Numbered from the stretch's first letter, positions 27,936 to 37,168 are shown. The stretch: 38,339 nt of DNA from Clostridia bacterium (GCA_024404665.1 JAKSPQ010000003.1:1-38339), one strand, 5' to 3'. Notes: generated by a model not told the origin, from the sequence alone. Made by a program: numbers and translations.

Positions 27936-27969
27936 TTTTCTTTCCTCCTGTTATTCCGGTCGATCCGCT

Positions 27970-28164
27970 TCACTTATTGATAAGTGCACGAATGTTGGAC
28001 GCGACCTTGCCCTGAACGAAATCGGCAGTGCGAAGGTGTCTCTTTCTCTTCTGGTCCTTAAGTCCGAGCTTGTGACGATGATGAGAATGGTTCATTTTTA
28101 CCTTGCCGTTAGCGGTTACGTCGAAACGCTTGGCAGAGGCTCTGTGAGTCTTGATTTTTCCCAT
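27970..28164 (-). CDS. rpmI: 50S ribosomal protein L35
   Basis: MGKIKTHRASAKRF..T..GK; lies between infC and rplT. Confidence 0.97.
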   Translation of the reverse strand: MGKIKTHRASAKRFDVTANGKVKMNHSHHRHKLGLKDQKRKRHLRTADFVQGKVASNIRALINK

Positions 28165-28233
28165 AGCGGTTTATCTCCTGCAAATTAAAATATACTTTTC
28201 TGTACTCCGCAGACGTGCGGAGCATGATTTCGG

Positions 28234-28818
28234 TTATGATTCGGAAGTGACTTCCTCGGTCTTTACTTCCGCAGTCTGGTTCTTATCCTTCTTTGAAGAG
28301 TCCTTCCTGGCAATCGGTGAGACAATCATGGTCATAAGCTTGCCGTCGAGAACGGGGGCCTTTTCGACCGTTCCGCTTTCCTTTACGGCTTCCTTGAACT
28401 GATCAAGGATGTCCTTGCCGAGCTGCTGATGGCTCATCTCACGACCGCGGAATCTGAGAACAACCTTAACCTTGTTTCCGTCTCCCAAGAAGCGTAAGGC
28501 GTGGTTGACCTTGGTTTCAAAGTCGTGTGTTTCGATGCGGCAGGAAAGCTGAACCTCTTTGACTTCGATGATGTTCTGCTTCTTCTTGGCTTCCTTTTCC
28601 CTCTTGTCCTGCTCGAAGCGGTAGCGTCCGTAATCGGCGATTCTGCATACGGGGGGCTGGGCGTTGGGAGAGATGAGAATCAGGTCGAGGCCGGAATTGT
28701 AAGCGATGCGGAGTGCGCTTTCGGGCGCCATGATCCCCAGCTGCTGACCGTCCTGATTAATGACTCTGACTTCCTTGCATCTGATGTTTTCGTTGATAAG
28801 AGTTTCCTTGGTTGCTAT
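28234..28818 (-). CDS. infC: Translation initiation factor IF-3 (ATA start)
   Basis: The frame extends upstream of the track start with the conserved INENI...EVRVI...G.QLGIM motif. SD GGAGGTG (28832-28826) lies 7 nt before an in-frame ATA (28818-28816). Confidence 0.95.
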   Translation of the reverse strand: MATKETLINENIRCKEVRVINQDGQQLGIMAPESALRIAYNSGLDLILISPNAQPPVCRIADYGRYRFEQDKREKEAKKKQNIIEVKEVQLSCRIETHDFETKVNHALRFLGDGNKVKVVLRFRGREMSHQQLGKDILDQFKEAVKESGTVEKAPVLDGKLMTMIVSPIARKDSSKKDKNQTAEVKTEEVTSES

Positions 28819-28864
28819 TGTTGTTCACCTCCGGGTTAAACGGGCAAATTGTTAATGGATTTGG

Positions 28865-28988
28865 AAAAAAATAAGCACGGAGAATCTCCGTGCGCACGTC
28901 TTCCCCGGGGTGTATCCGCCGGGAAACAGTCTTATCAACGCCTGCGCGCCTCTGCGGCAGGGTGAGAACGGAGAGTTCTGCTTAATTC
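28865..28988 (-). promoter_or_regulatory. L20 leader-type ribosomal protein attenuator
   Basis: 5' UTR of infC-rpmI-rplT with AAGCAGAA...CCGTTCTCACC, ending in a terminator stem gcacggaga / tctccgtgc plus a T-run. Position and architecture fit the Firmicutes L20 leader. Confidence 0.75.
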
Positions 28989-28994
28989 CGAGAC

Positions 28995-29023
28995 ATTATA
29001 TCACTTTTCAGGGCTTTTGTCAA
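28995..29023 (-). promoter_or_regulatory. Consensus sigma-A promoter of the infC operon
   Basis: Perfect TTGACA-17 nt-TATAAT with an extended TG. Confidence 0.9.
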
Positions 29024-29107
29024 TACTTTTTTCAAAAAATATGAGCTTTGTCAGTTGTTTGTAATTATTGCACATTTTTTGTGTGTGTTTTTTGTGAAAA
29101 CTCATAA

Positions 29108-29136
29108 TTTACAAATCGCTCCGGATGTAGTATAAT
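29108..29136 (+). promoter_or_regulatory. Sigma-A-type promoter divergent from infC, with no downstream ORF
   Basis: TTTACA (29108-29113)-17 nt-TATAAT (29131-29136), with AT-rich sequence upstream. Confidence 0.65.
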
Positions 29137-29142
29137 ATTTTC

Positions 29143-29260
29143 ACTCTCGCAGGTTATCCTGCGTCAGGCCTCGAATGCACAACGGTCACTTTTTTCTCGC
29201 GGAATATCAAGCTAATGATATCAACGCGCGGGGAATCGTCACCGTTGTTGCTTTTTTTTT
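29143..29260 (+). ncRNA. Candidate small RNA (~120 nt)
   Basis: Promoter upstream, hairpin cgcagg/cctgcg, long interrupted hairpin at 29177-29251, then T9. G-U pairs favour the + strand. Confidence 0.5.
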
Positions 29261-29269
29261 GCATTTTTT

Positions 29270-29555
29270 ACGAAAACACCGGCGGTGTAACCGAACCTCG
29301 CACCGGCAATAAGGTTTTTCCGCAAATCCGTCCGCAGCCTGATTGTATATCAATATAATTAATTCCTGTCAACAGTAAACACTGACCGATAAGCAATAAC
29401 AAAAAGAATAATCAATAACATATTACTTTAAACGTTGACTCTTACCGGCTTTTTCTCCGTAAAAGGAAGGGGTGGCTGCGAACCGGGCTGTCCGAAAACG
29501 CCCCGAGGGCGCTTTCGCGGTCCCGCGTTTCGGGGATCCGCGGCGGAAATTCAAT
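29270..29555 (-). ncRNA. Candidate structured RNA / 3' element with an internal 6-7-nt repeat tract
   Basis: Eight TG(n)TTAy-like units at 29368-29420, enclosed by long-range complementary segments. GC-rich hairpins lie next to the upstream stop codon. Confidence 0.45.
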
Positions 29556-29560
29556 CAGAC

Positions 29561-30073
29561 TTAAATATCCACCTCAAATTTCTCGGAGGTATTGAGAGCA
29601 TCGAGAGCAAGCTGGATGTCCGAAATCTCGTCGGAGAGCCTGTCGTAAGCCTCGGCGGCCTTTGCGATGTCGTAGTTTGCGTAGGTATACTCGATAATTC
29701 CGGAAGCCGACGGGCGGTAGGATTCGCCGCCTCTGGTCTTTGGCAGAACGTTCTTCATGGCGGAGAGCTTTTTCAGCTTTTCGCTCATAATCGGGAGAGA
29801 TACGAGTATCTCGTCCACGGTCATGTCGTAGCTTCCGACCTTGTGGGTAGTATTGAAAACATTTACGGCATGCTTTAAGCGTCTGATTTTTTCCGCGGTT
29901 TCATCGAGCTTTTTCTGTGTTTCCTCAAAATCGTAAACGGGTCTTACGGTCTCGATATCCTCTCCGACCGCAGCCACAAAGCTTTTGGACTTTCCTTCAA
30001 GCTCCGTGAGGGATCTGTATTCTTCGTTGAGTTTTTTAAGCAGTTTGTTTGCCTCGGCGCTGGTGATGTACAT
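29561..30073 (-). CDS. Conserved hypothetical alpha-helical / coiled-coil protein (170 aa)
   Basis: SD AAAGGA, ATG start and host-like codon usage. Heptad-rich helices with no recognisable catalytic motif. Confidence 0.8.
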   Translation of the reverse strand: MYITSAEANKLLKKLNEEYRSLTELEGKSKSFVAAVGEDIETVRPVYDFEETQKKLDETAEKIRRLKHAVNVFNTTHKVGSYDMTVDEILVSLPIMSEKLKKLSAMKNVLPKTRGGESYRPSASGIIEYTYANYDIAKAAEAYDRLSDEISDIQLALDALNTSEKFEVDI

Positions 30074-30142
30074 TATTTTATATTCCTTTCGTTTTTTCGG
30101 CTGTCGGCTGCGCTTTCGCGGCCGACTTTTCGGTTCTGAGGG

Positions 30143-31492
30143 TTATCCGTTGTATACGAGGACATAATCCACCCTGGCAATCGATACGGCTCCGCCTCCG
30201 TTGAAGGTAACATATCTGATGCCGTCATAGTTCATCATGGTTTCGGACTCCCAGCTCGTATTCATATGAACGGTTCTGACATATCCGTCGGTCCAGGAAT
30301 AAACCACAATAATGTTGTCGGTCGATTTGCCGGCAGCGGTGGAAAGCGGCATGTAGATATAATCGTCGTCGCAGTCCATTCCCTGTCCCGTGTAATTCGG
30401 CTCGCTGTGGAACGATATTTTCTGAACGACCTTAAAATCGCCGTCGCAGATATTTATGGCGCCTCCGGCCGCGATGACGTACCTGTCGCGGGCTTCGTTG
30501 TACGCGATAGCCCACGGAGTGCCTCCGAGCCAGGTTGCATTAACGGTTTCCTTGAGCTCCAGCGTTTCGGGATCGATGATGCTGATGAGCGTGCCGTTCA
30601 TGTTCGGAGCGACGAGACGGTTTCTCAGCGAATCGTAGCACATGTCGTTGTGGTGATCGGTGGGAAGCTCCGGGCCCAGCATGACCTCCTTGTTTGTACC
30701 GATGTCGATTTTAACGATTTTATTGGTCTCAACTCCGGCGCTTGTCTTCTTGTGGAGCGTGACATAAAAATACTTTCCGTCGGTAGCGGAGCCCTGGGTT
30801 CCGTGAAAATCTCCGTGCGCCGCAATATTTTTGAATCTTTTGAAGGTTGCGATGACTCCGAGAGGAGAATTCATGATTTTTGAAAGCGTAAGCTCCGAGG
30901 TCTTGTATTTTTCAGAGAGGCCTGTCGGCAGCTTCATGGACTTATCGGACACAAAATCCTTATTGAACATATATCTCGCATCGAACGAGCTCAGGGCCAT
31001 GGCGGTAAGCGAATCGTTCTTTCCGGCTATTACAAGCTTGTCGCCGATAACGGCAAAGCCGTATTCGTTCTCTTCCAGCGAATCGATGAATTCCCGGGTC
31101 TCGTCCCTGTCGCACGCGCCGATGAGGATTTCCGGTCCGTTTTTGCTTCCGGGATATGAGGGAGTGCTGAAATCGGTACTGAGGTCGAGCTCGAGCCCGA
31201 CTCTTTTTTTCAGCAATTTTTTAAAGGCCAGGGCGTCCTGAGTGCATGCATCGTTCTCATCGGGTCTGACAATAACGAATTTGCTGGCGCCGTCCTTAAC
31301 TATTTCCAGGAATTCGGGCGCCGGCTCTGTCGTAATTATTGCCTCCGTCGATGACGGCTCCCCCGTCTGCTCCGGCTCGTTTTTTCCGCAGGACGCAGCA
31401 AACAGCGATGCCGCCGCAAGAGACAGACACATTGCCCTTTTCACAAAAATCGATGCTTTATTCTTTTTTGTCGGAATTATCATGGTATTCAT
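30143..31492 (-). CDS. Hypothetical lipoprotein with a probable C-terminal beta-propeller
   Basis: Lipobox FAASC. N-terminal EILIG..DR...E.GF...GDKLVIAG segment resembles the N-domain of GH20/GH67-type enzymes. Repeated QG..TDG.Y.Y / HNDMCYD / QGMDCD..YIY blades follow. Confidence 0.7.
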   Translation of the reverse strand: MNTMIIPTKKNKASIFVKRAMCLSLAAASLFAASCGKNEPEQTGEPSSTEAIITTEPAPEFLEIVKDGASKFVIVRPDENDACTQDALAFKKLLKKRVGLELDLSTDFSTPSYPGSKNGPEILIGACDRDETREFIDSLEENEYGFAVIGDKLVIAGKNDSLTAMALSSFDARYMFNKDFVSDKSMKLPTGLSEKYKTSELTLSKIMNSPLGVIATFKRFKNIAAHGDFHGTQGSATDGKYFYVTLHKKTSAGVETNKIVKIDIGTNKEVMLGPELPTDHHNDMCYDSLRNRLVAPNMNGTLISIIDPETLELKETVNATWLGGTPWAIAYNEARDRYVIAAGGAINICDGDFKVVQKISFHSEPNYTGQGMDCDDDYIYMPLSTAAGKSTDNIIVVYSWTDGYVRTVHMNTSWESETMMNYDGIRYVTFNGGGAVSIARVDYVLVYNG

Positions 31493-31524
31493 ATTGTCAC
31501 CCGTTTTCTTAGGAGGCGAGTGTC

Positions 31525-33597
31525 TCACCTGCCGTGCTTTTTTCGTTTTTTATCACCGGAGCGCTCCGTTCCCCGGGCGTTCCCGGAGTTTATATTTTCG
31601 GACATGCTCCTTTGTTTTTCCCTATTGTCGGCCTGACGCTTTACACTGTTCTTCGGAGCGTTTGAACGGCCTGAGGAAGCCCCTGAAGCGGACCTTCCGC
31701 CTTTTTTTCCTGCATCTTCCTGATTTTTTCCGGAGGTTTCGGAGTGCTTTCCGGCCCCTGCGATCTTTCTCGGCGGAATCAGACAGTTTCTGTCAAAGCC
31801 TATGAGATCGGTTCTTCCGGTTTTTATCAGAGCCTCTTTTACGAGCTCGTAGTTTTCGGGCAGCTTATACTGAATAAGCGCTCGCTGCATCGCCTTCTCG
31901 TGAGGGCTTTTCGGAATATAAACGGGCTCCATCGTTCTGGGGTCAAGTCCTGTGGCATACATGACCGTCGATACGGTCGAGGGGGTGGGATAGAAATCCT
32001 GTACCTGCTCCGGCATATAGCCCATGTCTCTGACAGCCTCGGCGAGCTTTACGGCGTCCTCAAGCGAAGAACCCGGGTGCGATGACATAAGATACGGCAC
32101 CACATACTGCTTCTTACCGATTTTTCCGTTAATTCTGTCAAATTTTTCGCAGAATTCCTTGTAAACGCTGTTCCGGGGCTTGCCCATGAGGTTCAGTACA
32201 TTATCCGAAACATGCTCCGGCGCCACTCTGAGCTGGCCGGATATATGATATCTGCAGAGCTCAGTCAGGAAATCCGTTTTCTTATCCGCAAGAATGTAGT
32301 CGAATCTTATTCCGGACCTTATGAACACCTTCCTGACTCCGGGGATTTCCCTCAATGCCCTGAGAACAGAGATGTAATCGGAATGGTCGGCCTTAAGATT
32401 CGGACATGGCTTGGGGAACAGGCACTGCTTATTCGGACACGCGCCCTTCTTCATCTGCTTGTCGCAGGCCGGACGGCGGAAATTGGCCGTAGGTCCGCCT
32501 ACATCGTTGATATATCCCTTGAATTCGGGATCCTTGGTCATCTTTTCGGCTTCGCGTACGAGAGACTCCCTGCTTCTCGCCTGTACTATTCTTCCCTGGT
32601 GGAAGGTCAGGGCGCAGAAGGAGCAGCCTCCGAAGCAGCCCCTGCAGGACGATAACGAAAACTTGATTTCGGCAAGCGCCGGAACGCCGCCCTCGGCATC
32701 GTACGAGGGATGCCACGTGTTTTTATAAGGAAGCTCGTATACGGCATCGAGCTCAGCCGTCGTCAGAGGACGCGACGGAGGATTCTGAACCACGTATCTG
32801 TTTTCGCCGTATTTTTCTATGAGCTTCTTCGCGTTTGCAAAATCGGTGTTTTCGTACTGAATCGCAAAGCTTTCGGCATATTTTCTGCGATCGGCTGCGA
32901 TTTCATCGAATTCCGGAAGCATGATGCCTTTTATGTCGGAAACGTCTCTTGTCTTGTAAACCGTTCCCGGAACCGACGTTATTTCATTTATCGGAGTGCC
33001 GGACGCGAGCGCGTCGGCTATTGCGGGAACCGAAAGCTCCCCCATTCCGTAAGAGATTATATCGGCGCCGGAATCCAGAAGGATGGATCTCTTCATCGAA
33101 TCGGACCAATAATCATAGTGGCCGAGACGGCGAAGGCTCGCTTCGATTCCGCCGATGATGACAGGCGAGTGCCTGAATTTTCTTTTTATCAGATTGCAGT
33201 ACACAATCGTCGCGTAATTCGGCCTCTTTCCGGTTTTCCCTCCCGGCGAATACGCGTCCTGCGACCTCGTCTTCTTGTTGACCGTGTACCTGTTCACCAT
33301 GGAGTCCATGTTTCCGGCCGAAACAAGGAAGCCGAGCCTCGGCTCACCGAAGACGCAGACCGAGTTCTCGTCCGTCCAGTCGGGCTGGCTGATTATCGCG
33401 ACTCTGTAGCCTCTTGCCTCAAGCGTCCTGCCGATGACCGCAGGTCCGAACGAGGAGTGGTCCACATATGCGTCGCCTATAACGTATACAAAGTCCGGTC
33501 TGTCCCATCCCAGGGCTCTTACCTCTTCCTGCGACATCGGCAGGAAGCCCCGGCACGGCGTCTTTTCCGTTTTTTTATTGTCTTCGTTCTTTTTCAT
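31525..33597 (-). CDS. YgiQ family radical SAM protein (UPF0313)
   Basis: GDAYVDHSSFG, GNMDSMVN.YT, GGIEASLRR, RGCFGGCSFC and APEH motifs. Confidence 0.93.
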   Translation of the reverse strand: MKKNEDNKKTEKTPCRGFLPMSQEEVRALGWDRPDFVYVIGDAYVDHSSFGPAVIGRTLEARGYRVAIISQPDWTDENSVCVFGEPRLGFLVSAGNMDSMVNRYTVNKKTRSQDAYSPGGKTGKRPNYATIVYCNLIKRKFRHSPVIIGGIEASLRRLGHYDYWSDSMKRSILLDSGADIISYGMGELSVPAIADALASGTPINEITSVPGTVYKTRDVSDIKGIMLPEFDEIAADRRKYAESFAIQYENTDFANAKKLIEKYGENRYVVQNPPSRPLTTAELDAVYELPYKNTWHPSYDAEGGVPALAEIKFSLSSCRGCFGGCSFCALTFHQGRIVQARSRESLVREAEKMTKDPEFKGYINDVGGPTANFRRPACDKQMKKGACPNKQCLFPKPCPNLKADHSDYISVLRALREIPGVRKVFIRSGIRFDYILADKKTDFLTELCRYHISGQLRVAPEHVSDNVLNLMGKPRNSVYKEFCEKFDRINGKIGKKQYVVPYLMSSHPGSSLEDAVKLAEAVRDMGYMPEQVQDFYPTPSTVSTVMYATGLDPRTMEPVYIPKSPHEKAMQRALIQYKLPENYELVKEALIKTGRTDLIGFDRNCLIPPRKIAGAGKHSETSGKNQEDAGKKGGRSASGASSGRSNAPKNSVKRQADNREKQRSMSENINSGNARGTERSGDKKRKKHGR

Positions 33598-33744
33598 ATC
33601 GGAATCAGTATCACCCGTTTCACTTAAACAGCGGATATTATCTGCACAGAGATCCGCGTTTTTCCAATGGAGGGTCAGGCTTTGTTTCTCCGCCTTTTAT
33701 ACGGACGGAACCGCCATGATAAAAAATAGAAATGCCTAACCTTT

Positions 33745-35106
33745 TTATCTTGTAAACTTCAGCTTTACGCTTCCGTCGGGCTCATAAAACACGGCATCGC
33801 CGTTGTAAATAAAGCTGTCTATATATCTGAAATAGTCCCCGACCGATGAAAATGCGCAGCTGCTTTCCGCAATAACGCGTCCGGCTGCCGAGGCTCCGTC
33901 GGAGAGGAGAGCGAACAGCGACAGAAGCTGAAGCTTTGCGCTGCCGAGAGCGGCAAGTTCGGGATCGCTGACTCTGAATTCCGCCGTATGAACCCTGCCG
34001 GACGTTCCGCCGAGGAAGGGATGAGCACACGGAATCACCTGGGAAACATCGCCCATATCAGAGCATCCCAGGGCATTTTTTTCGGAATACTTTACGTTTC
34101 CGCGCCCTACAATTTCTCCGGCCGCATCAAGCATGATTCCCGTAAGGTTCGCATCGTTGTGGCGCGGACCGTATCCCGGAGCGTCATGAATGATCAGCCT
34201 GCACCCCATGGAGGCTGCGGAAGCCGCAAAAGCGCGGTTTACCGCGGGATTGAGCGCTCCTATGGCCTTCATCGAGGCTCCGCGTATATATGTTTCCACC
34301 TTTACCCTGTCGGGAATTGTGTTGACGGACTGTCCGCCCTCCGTGATTATCGGATGGAATCTTATGTTTTCCGCATCGTCAAAGGTTTCTCCGAGCGCAT
34401 TTACCGCATTTATTGCGTTTGTAGCGGCATAGAGAGCGTTGTTTGCGCGCCTCGGATCGGATGCATGAGTCGCTTTGCCGATGAATTCGTATGTCTTGAC
34501 AATGCAGCCGTTGGACGAAGCCGTGGCCGATGCCCCGCTTCCGGACGTCTGATGGACCATAAAAGCAAGATCGACGCCGTCGAGGAAGCCGCGCTTCATG
34601 AACTCCTGCTTGCCGCCGTAATACGATATTATTCCCTTTTCTATAAGGCCGGTCCTGTACTCGAGCTCGATCATTTCCTCCGCAGGAACGGCAAAGAGCC
34701 TGATTTTTCCGCACAGACCGTCAGTAACGCCCGGTTCCTTCAGCGCTGCCGCAACTCCGAGCAGAGCCGCGCACTGTACGTTGTGTCCGCAGGCATGTAC
34801 CGCGCCGGTCGTTTTATCGCAGTCGGGATGTCCCGGTATTATCAGAGCATCCATTTCTCCGAATACCACCACGGTCGGGCCGGGGACTCCGGTATCGAAT
34901 TCCGTATAAAAGCCGGGTATATTCCCTGCCTCATAAAGAGAATACCCGAGTTCTTCAAACTTCTCCTTCAGGTAGGCATGGGTTTTCCATTCTCTGTATC
35001 CGCTTTCGGGATTGTTCCATATATGCCTTTCGGCCTCGAGAACCGTTTTTCTGTTCTTTTCGACTGCCGAAAAAAGTCTGTTCTTTATATCCGATGAAAA
35101 TTCCAT
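33745..35106 (-). CDS. M20 family amidohydrolase
   Basis: NPE.G..E..T, EMDAL, HACGH, PAEE and SDMGDVS motifs. Confidence 0.92.
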   Translation of the reverse strand: MEFSSDIKNRLFSAVEKNRKTVLEAERHIWNNPESGYREWKTHAYLKEKFEELGYSLYEAGNIPGFYTEFDTGVPGPTVVVFGEMDALIIPGHPDCDKTTGAVHACGHNVQCAALLGVAAALKEPGVTDGLCGKIRLFAVPAEEMIELEYRTGLIEKGIISYYGGKQEFMKRGFLDGVDLAFMVHQTSGSGASATASSNGCIVKTYEFIGKATHASDPRRANNALYAATNAINAVNALGETFDDAENIRFHPIITEGGQSVNTIPDRVKVETYIRGASMKAIGALNPAVNRAFAASAASMGCRLIIHDAPGYGPRHNDANLTGIMLDAAGEIVGRGNVKYSEKNALGCSDMGDVSQVIPCAHPFLGGTSGRVHTAEFRVSDPELAALGSAKLQLLSLFALLSDGASAAGRVIAESSCAFSSVGDYFRYIDSFIYNGDAVFYEPDGSVKLKFTR

Positions 35107-35271
35107 TTGTTATCTCCCTGGTACAGGTATGATGCCGCTTTCGGAACACGATACCACGGCACGGCGACTGATCACCGTTTTTCCGCCGATGCTATCATGC
35201 GGCGTTTCTCCGCCGTCAGAAAGCTCCGAAGAAGCCGCTGAAATTGCGGGCGGAGCCTTAGGGACTTCTGG

Positions 35272-35733
35272 TTAGGCAAAGAAGCTTCCGTCTCCGTTCC
35301 CAAGATTCTCCGGTCCGAAGCCTCCGGGCAGCAGTTCCTCAAGCGTGTATATTTTCAGTTCGAGCCGTCCGTTTTCTTTTTTTCTTGACAGAATGACCTT
35401 CATTGTCTTGGGGTCGGAGAATTCGCGCATCACCTGCCTGCATATTCCGCAGGGATAGGTAAACTCTCTGTTGTCTCCGCCTCTTCCTCCGGCGATGGCA
35501 ATCGCCTCGATTTTTCTCTCGCCCTCTGAGGCCGCATGGGATATGGCACTTCTTTCCGCGCAGGTGCCCGCGGGATACGAGGCGTTTTCGATGTTCGCGC
35601 CGGTATATATCTTTCCGGAACCGGCCAGCATCGCTGCTCCCACGTAAAATCCGGAATACGGTGCATATGCTTTATCAAGCATCTTAACCGAAAGCTTTGC
35701 GAGCTTCATCGCCATCTTGTTGTCTGTTTCCAT
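35272..35733 (-). CDS. cdd: Cytidine deaminase
   Basis: AYAPYSGF.VGAA, NIENASY, CAERSAI and PCGICRQ zinc motifs. Start at ATG 35733 after GAGGAG. Confidence 0.95.
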   Translation of the reverse strand: METDNKMAMKLAKLSVKMLDKAYAPYSGFYVGAAMLAGSGKIYTGANIENASYPAGTCAERSAISHAASEGERKIEAIAIAGGRGGDNREFTYPCGICRQVMREFSDPKTMKVILSRKKENGRLELKIYTLEELLPGGFGPENLGNGDGSFFA

Positions 35734-35792
35734 TTCTTCCTCCTCTATATGCACATCCGGAGTGACGTTTTTTGTCTTATTAACCATTATAT

Positions 35793-35821
35793 ATTATATC
35801 ATAAAAACAAGAGTAATTCAA
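35793..35821 (-). promoter_or_regulatory. Sigma-A-type promoter for cdd
   Basis: Minus strand TTGAAT-17 nt-TATAAT with an extended TG. Confidence 0.7.
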
Positions 35822-35937
35822 CAGCCAAATTATCTCGCAACAGCTCAATCCCCTTGTCTTCGGCTGACAGTTCCTACTGCCAAGTCTGTAGCGTACTTTC
35901 ATCGCCAAGTGGTTCGCTCATGCCGGGCACACCAAAG

Positions 35938-35967
35938 CCCCGCCGAACCTGATCCGGTTCGGCGGGG
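35938..35967 (-). terminator. Intrinsic terminator after the AT-rich gene pair
   Basis: Perfect 12-bp stem ccccgccgaacc / ggttcggcgggg just downstream of the 35992 stop. Confidence 0.75.
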
Positions 35968-35991
35968 TAGAGTTTTCTATTTATCTTAGAA

Positions 35992-37155
35992 TTATACCTT
36001 TCTAGCCTTAATAGCTATGCCCATGCCGAGAAGCGATACAATGCTTATGACAGCAGCGATAAGAAGTGTGTTATTTGCTTCATCTCCCGTATACGGTGCA
36101 ACATTGGTTTTTCCGTTTACAAGGTCATATACTCCGCCGCCGGTCAAACGCCATGCACCTTTATATGTAATCGTCTCGCTACCGTTCATATATTTTGCCC
36201 TTTCGTATTCATAGTTCTCATCATATGTGAATATTGCATCATATGTTTTTCCGTCAAGTTCATTCACAAATGTGTATATCACCTTTTCTTCACTTGCTGA
36301 TAGTAGAACAAACGAATTGAATTTCAAATTATTCTGATACTTTGCATTTACCTCTTCCAAGCTCATTTCATGCACACTTCCATTTTCATACTTAACACAT
36401 GTTTTATAATTGTAATCCGGATCGGAAGCTTGAGCCGCATAATTTACCATATATTCACTTTGGAAACCATGTAAAAATGGATGCTTACCGCAAACAGATT
36501 CATATTTCAGTTCGGGATTTTCCCATTCAGAGAACGCATAAACCAATGAACCGCCTGAAATTCGCCATCCGCCGGAAGTTTTAGTAAAACTGACATCCAT
36601 ATATACCAATTCGCCTGTACAATCCATTGCCGCCTTATATACTTCAACAACCGCAGAGGCTTGTTGATCGTCTCCGGATAAATTGCGGATTTTTATCTGC
36701 CCCGTGGTCTCGGCAATTTTCTGGTAGTTGTAGTTTTCATATGAATAATCCAAGCACAAATAAAAAACTCTAAAGAACATGGGAAATTCAGATTTTATTG
36801 TTATTGTACCGTCTCCGTTATCCGAATAGCAATATAAATATGTCGGTTCAATTTCATCATATCGCTCCGAATTCCAAAAACACTGATATGACCACATATT
36901 GTCAGCGATATCTTCTGTATAGATTTTTCGAGCCGCTTCCGAAACATAGTGTTTGGTTGTTATAAACGGCTTTCCACGGTCACCGTTATTCAAAAATGAG
37001 CCTACATATCCTTGATATTTGCAATAATAGTTATTTGCTGCAAGAAGAAGGTCCTTGGCTTCCTGTTCGGAAATGGTATTACCGACAGCAAAACAATTTA
37101 CTGATCCCAGTACAATTGCGATCACAAGCGATAGAAATATTAATATTTTTTTCAT
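35992..37155 (-). CDS. Secreted, sortase-anchored hypothetical surface protein
   Basis: Signal peptide MKKILIFLSLVIAIVLGSVNCFA. C-terminal APYTGD followed by a hydrophobic helix and KARKV tail. Confidence 0.8.
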   Translation of the reverse strand: MKKILIFLSLVIAIVLGSVNCFAVGNTISEQEAKDLLLAANNYYCKYQGYVGSFLNNGDRGKPFITTKHYVSEAARKIYTEDIADNMWSYQCFWNSERYDEIEPTYLYCYSDNGDGTITIKSEFPMFFRVFYLCLDYSYENYNYQKIAETTGQIKIRNLSGDDQQASAVVEVYKAAMDCTGELVYMDVSFTKTSGGWRISGGSLVYAFSEWENPELKYESVCGKHPFLHGFQSEYMVNYAAQASDPDYNYKTCVKYENGSVHEMSLEEVNAKYQNNLKFNSFVLLSASEEKVIYTFVNELDGKTYDAIFTYDENYEYERAKYMNGSETITYKGAWRLTGGGVYDLVNGKTNVAPYTGDEANNTLLIAAVISIVSLLGMGIAIKARKV

Positions 37156-37168
37156 GTCACACCTCTTA

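Noticed and set aside
29143-29260. SRP RNA, 6S RNA or tRNA identity for the hairpin RNA
   Set aside because: No SRP domain IV motif, no cloverleaf, and too short for typical 6S RNA, so left unnamed.
29343-29372. Minus-strand TTGACA as a promoter
   Set aside because: At 17-nt spacing the -10 would be TATACA, and TACAAT needs 19 nt. The hexamer is also part of the repeat tract.
29368-29420. Possible CRISPR array or simple microsatellite
   Set aside because: Units are only 6-7 nt, degenerate and without spacers, and there are no cas genes in the window.
29435-29878. 147-aa plus-strand ORF
   Set aside because: Antisense to the 170-aa gene, runs through hairpin sequence, and has no SD.
30103-30130. 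Hairpin gtcggctgcg/cgcggccgac as terminator of the lipoprotein gene
   Set aside because: The T-run is on the + strand side, the wrong orientation for the minus-strand genes, so read-through into the 170-aa gene is plausible.
35800-35921. Possible interrupted small ORF (MSEPLGDESTLQTWQ*...) upstream of cdd
   Set aside because: Too short, has an internal stop and no recognisable similarity.
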